Assembly: GCF_033153115.1 (NCBI RefSeq)
Contig: NW_026889781.1
Span: 5,828,001 to 5,892,000 of the forward strand
Length of the DNA stretch: 64,000 nt
Source: Saccostrea echinata
Lineage: Eukaryota
Direction of reading: 5' to 3'
The position numbers and the translations under genes are program-made. Under the pieces are notes generated by a model, which ran no database searches, was not told the origin of the DNA, and saw nothing but the letters and a program-made list of their open reading frames with translations. This document shows, in pieces, positions 60,801-64,000 of this stretch (its first letter is position 1; each line of letters opens with the position of its first letter).

Positions 60801-63561
60801 GAGACTCAATTTACTGATCAGTTTGTCCTCAATCTACATACGAAAAACAGAGAAATCTACGACTATAGGTCTATTTTGCAATACCATCTAAAAGTAAGAA
60901 TTTTAAATTTACCTGTGTTTAGCAAGTAATACACTTTCAAAAGTTTAATCTAAAGTAATATTTATTCTGTTTTAAAAAAGAATATTAAATCTGAGATATT
61001 AAATAAAAATCTCTGAACATGCTATCAATAGTATAAATATTGGTCGATCCAATATGTTCGTTTACAAGAAAGAAAACAATTATGCTTTACAAGATCATGC
61101 CAACTCAATATAAAAATAAAAAAAACATGTATCGTAAGTTACTTTAAAATATAGATACAGGCTGTGTTTCAGCACATGACAACACTTTTCCATTTTTTTT
61201 TCGACTTTATTGATGGAATATCTAGCCAAAATGTCAAGGCAAACAATTAAATTTTGGTGCACTTCGGTACACTTTGGGGATACGTTGTACAAGCTCTCAC
61301 AATATTAAAATAAGGTCCTGCAGCATCTACAAAAATTGGACATTGATTTCAAACTGAAGGTTTCCTGACACTCACCGTGTACTAATTTCGACATCCCGGA
61401 AATTCCATCAACTAAGTCTGTACTAAATGTAAAATTCCTCTCATACTGTGGAATCATTAAAATTCGTTGGGTCAATTTTCGGTGATAGCTTAAATTTTAC
61501 AGGTTCGTGGGGACTTAATTCCGTGTATTCTCTTATACCTACAAAAGGAAATATGACTTTATAACCGTAGTTTATTAATTCGCATTAATTCGCGGACGAT
61601 GTTAATTCGAGGATGAGAGGTACCCACGAATTCTACGAAAGTTGAGCCATTACGAAATCTAATGATTCTACGGTACATCAAATTTATATTTACAGAAGAG
61701 AGAAGTTGATCGCTTACGTATTACTTAATCATATATGTGATTCACTGCTTCACTGCCATATATTCTTGATTTTTAAGTCCTTTTCGTCAAGTTTTAAGAA
61801 AACAATGACAATACCTGATGAGGACCTTGAGTACCTAATTTCTAATCCCAAGTACAGCTTCTCATTCTACGACATAGCAGAAGTTAACAAAGCGTATAGA
61901 TGTGCAACGGGTCAGTTGTTTGTTTTAATCATTGAATCATTGATTAATTGGTTTGTTCAACCACAAGGTAGCTCTATTCTCTATCTTTGCATTGACTTTT
62001 GTTTGTGGTGGCAATCTCTTATAAGCAAGAGTGTGTGTATTCTTTCAAACTATTTTAAAAAAGTCCCATTTTTGTCTTGAATAGGAAATATAGTACAGTC
62101 GTTTGACCAGTTGCGAATAGGAATCGATTAGGTTCTTAAATTATTAATTATTCGGAACTGATCAAAATTCGGAACTGGTCAGACGACTGTATACGTTCTG
62201 TTCTTAAGTTTTATGTTCTAATCTTGATAATATAATTGCAAAGTGAGGGCATTCAGATTGATCTTTCTTTTCTTTTAATTTATAGCTAGTTGCAGTTTAA
62301 CCTGTAAGAACGACGGCTTTAGAATGCAGGCTGTGGACCAGAAGACATGTCATTGTCAATGTCCTTCCGGGTTAAAAGGCACAACTTGTGAAGAGTTGGA
62401 CACAGACGACGGTGAGTTGATATTTAGAAAGGTCACATTTACAACAATTTGGAAGACTCATTTTTTTTTTTAATTTATATGTATCCATTCTCGAGGTAAT
62501 TTTGTCCCACGCGTTTCCTTCTGTCTATCTCTTGCTTACATTGACATCTTTCAAAACTTTCAGTATGCTCTACATAGATCATTGACTGCCTGACCTTAAA
62601 AATAACCTTTCACCTTATCTATATTTTTATACAGTTTTTTTTAGATGTATGCGAGACTTTCAAATGCATGTATGTTTTAGATTGTTGAAAGACCTTAAAC
62701 GTCCTTCCACATTTACTAGGATTTTTCATCTTGAAATTTAGCAACTTTATGTTGGTTATTTCTTCATGTTTTCAAATACACCACAATAGGTTGACCTTTT
62801 ATTTTATGAACGTAGATTATATGTCAAAAGCCTTTTTTAAATCCTTAGTTATTTACCTATTGGTTTAAACTAACGGGCATTGAATATATTTTATTCACAT
62901 AAAAAAAAGGGTTAAACACAAGTTCAGAAAATTAAGTTTCTTTTATTGTCTTTTTGATCTGACTTCTGACCATTTACATTCTTTTTTCCGAGATCTGAAA
63001 TAGACCAACTACATTAACATTCTTCCAATTTACATTAATCATGACTTTTTTCATAAGATATGTCATTTATGTTTTTATCCATAAGTCAAGAAAAAGTTTG
63101 TATTGTTGACTGAATATCCCTTTAGTTATATGGGTAAATATTTTCAAGGAAACTTACAGTTCCTTATCTTAGCTCCGTGGTTTGAACACTTGACCCGATA
63201 AATATTGATAAACGTTCCAAATGATACAGAGCGATGTTCAATCATTAATACGTTGAGAGTGTTCATTAATTTGTAAGTATCTGTACTTTTAGATCAATCG
63301 TTAATATGCCAAATAAGAGTAATACATATTGGGCTTTTTTAATAGACGTAGTTCCACTATGGTATAATCAGTACCGTTTGATGTATCTGCTTTATTAGTC
63401 TTTTATATCATTGTTACATGTATGTCAATAATTTTAAACAACGTTGATAATTTTCCCCCAAAATAGATTGTGGAGAAACCATAACAATCTTGAACGGCGA
63501 ATCACGTGACATTAATTTGTTATCCTACAGATCAGGAAAAACATGCACATGGCTGGTGAAG
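47837..63561 (+). CDS. Astacin-family (M12A) metalloprotease with EGF and CUB domains, BP10/SpAN-like; continues beyond the window
   Basis: Exons 47837-47933, 52546-52742, 53589-53660, 54553-54612, 55201-55294, 59118-59250, 60444-60516, 60699-60893, 61778-61910, 62286-62411, 63467-63561 are phase-consistent (425 codons). Signal peptide, REKR/NF cleavage site, WTNGVIPY, TCVKW, GCWSYLG, HEMHHAMGGIHEQQR, EGF, start of CUB. Confidence 0.9.
47955..48422. repeat. 117-bp tandem repeat x4 in astacin intron 1
   Basis: CACATGTAGTTTGCAACG starts at 47955, 48072, 48189, 48306. Confidence 0.95.
51531..51999. repeat. Inverted repeat with ~95-bp arms (MITE-like)
   Basis: 51531-51628 is the approximate reverse complement of 51905-51999. 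Confidence 0.75.
52263..52529. mobile_element. Diverged MITE
   Basis: CAGTGGACCTTTTCACA..ACGACTTAGACCAAAA versus TTTTGACCTTAGTCGT..TGTGAAAGGGCTACTG. Confidence 0.5.
52546..52742 (+). CDS. Astacin propeptide exon with 5x QKLTSNEQ repeat
   Basis: ttttgcag acceptor, GTAAGT donor, open frame, phase 1 to 0. Confidence 0.75.
53589..53660 (+). CDS. Astacin propeptide exon
   Basis: GKLCPDNEEDAERQTVHIDGHNEK, phase 0/0, GTAAGA donor. Confidence 0.65.
54553..54612 (+). CDS. Astacin propeptide exon
   Basis: EQEQDDEKDRPPPVVFGIRK, phase 0/0, GTAAGA donor. Confidence 0.6.
54690..54735. repeat. (GA)n microsatellite
   Basis: Seen directly; others at ~23800 and ~45610, (GATA)n at ~18220. Confidence 0.95.
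55201..55294 (+). CDS. Astacin: furin-type site and start of catalytic domain
   Basis: FSEREKR/NFGISTSRLWTNGVIPYVIDADSF. Confidence 0.9.
57100..57283. mobile_element. Copy of the same repeat
   Basis: High similarity to 18520-18703. Confidence 0.65.
57797..59092 (+). mobile_element. Non-autonomous Helentron (pearl/Helitron-N2-like) with ~166-bp tandem core
   Basis: TTTTAGCTCACCTGAGC start, GTCC microsatellite, several ~166-bp repeats, end CAGGTGAGCG..GGCCCATGGGCCTCTTGTT hairpin. Confidence 0.85.
59118..59250 (+). CDS. Astacin catalytic exon
   Basis: SRLSKATTLVQETAHNISQTTCVKWRLKTPEDKYFIKFIGNHI. Confidence 0.88.
59902..60430 (-). mobile_element. Same palindromic family, inverted copy
   Basis: Shares GTGAAATAAATTCCATATC and the reverse complement of the 35480-35515 end. 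Confidence 0.55.
60444..60516 (+). CDS. Astacin catalytic exon
   Basis: (G)CWSYLGNMSMEGGQPISLSNGCLD. Confidence 0.92.
60699..60893 (+). CDS. Astacin zinc-binding exon
   Basis: HEMHHAMGGIHEQQR (HExxHxxGxxHE) ... YDYRSILQY. Confidence 0.95.
61386..61672. mobile_element. MITE (TA-flanked)
   Basis: TA|CTGTGGAATCATTA ... TAATGATTCTACGG|TA. Confidence 0.65.
61778..61910 (+). CDS. Astacin catalytic-domain C-terminal exon
   Basis: SFSSSFKKTMTIPD...FSFYDIAEVNKAYRC. Confidence 0.9.
62096..62189. mobile_element. Very short TA-flanked MITE
   Basis: TA|CAGTCGTTTGACCAGTTGCGAAT ... ATTCGGAACTGGTCAGACGACTG|TA. Confidence 0.7.
62286..62411 (+). CDS. EGF-like domain exon
   Basis: CSLTCKNDGFRMQAVDQKTCHCQCPSGLKGTTCE. 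Confidence 0.9.
63467..63561 (+). CDS. CUB domain, first exon
   Basis: CGETITILNGESRDINLLSYRSGKTCTWLVK. Confidence 0.85.
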
Positions 63562-63622
63562 GTAAGTTTTTACCGTTACTGAAATTCTGCTGTTAAAAGC
63601 AGTTTCAACATTTTCAACGCAA

Positions 63623-63972
63623 CCCTGAAAAAAAAATGTGACCGGTAGTCCAGGTTAGGTAACTATAGTTTGTTATAGTAAATAAACGTATTTACTACAG
63701 TAAATCAGACTATTTTTAATTGATATATTTCATTTTCTGCAATTTTTACATGCGATTTTTTTTTTTTTCAATTTAAAGGAAATATGACCTGTATTTTCAC
63801 ATATTATATCCAAAATTTACATCTTTGGTGTGATTACAAGTATAAAAGACATTCCGGCTCTAAATGTAAAAAGAAAATTCAGGAGTATAGTTTATAATAT
63901 ATCAACGTGTTAAAGTATGAACTACTGTAAAATATATTTTGCTATAGTTAACCTTAGCAATTTTTATTAGGG
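63623..63972. mobile_element. Related CCC..GGG MITE
   Basis: AA|CCCTGAAAAAA..TAACTATAG ... CTATAGTTA..TTTTATTAGGG|AA. Confidence 0.6.
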
Positions 63973-64000
63973 AAAGCAGGACGATCCTCTTGAGGTGTCT

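Noticed and set aside
63971-64000. Apparent next CUB exon (GKQDDPLEVS)
   Set aside because: The acceptor-like TTTTATTAGGG is better explained as the right TIR of MITE 63623-63972

Overview
AT-rich, intron-containing eukaryotic DNA. The repeat families suggest an oyster-like bivalve (inference). There are four N gaps. I assembled three genes by hand from GT-AG sites and exon phases. (1) + strand, ~2004-3805: a small single-pass membrane protein whose micro-exon-encoded tail has five tyrosines, including an ITAM-like YEKI-x11-YMEL pair and an ITIM-consensus SDYMEL. (2) - strand, ~20124-8361: a ~718-aa putative type II membrane receptor with a Tyr-motif tail, TM helix, two 25-aa neck repeats, an IgGFc-binding-protein N-terminal domain and a C-terminal C-type lectin domain. 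It converges on gene 1. (3) + strand, 47837 to beyond the window: an astacin-EGF-CUB metalloprotease (BP10/SpAN-like) with Leu at the Met-turn. The rest is mostly transposon-derived: decayed piggyBac, DIRS-like and Crypton-like coding relics, Helentron-type elements with ~166-bp cores, tRNA-derived SINEs, TTAA-flanked Kolobok-like elements (one rich in RFX X-box palindromes next to gene 2's 5' end) and many MITEs. The best candidate for an undescribed system is the lectin receptor plus ITAM-like adaptor pair. All gene models need RNA-seq confirmation.
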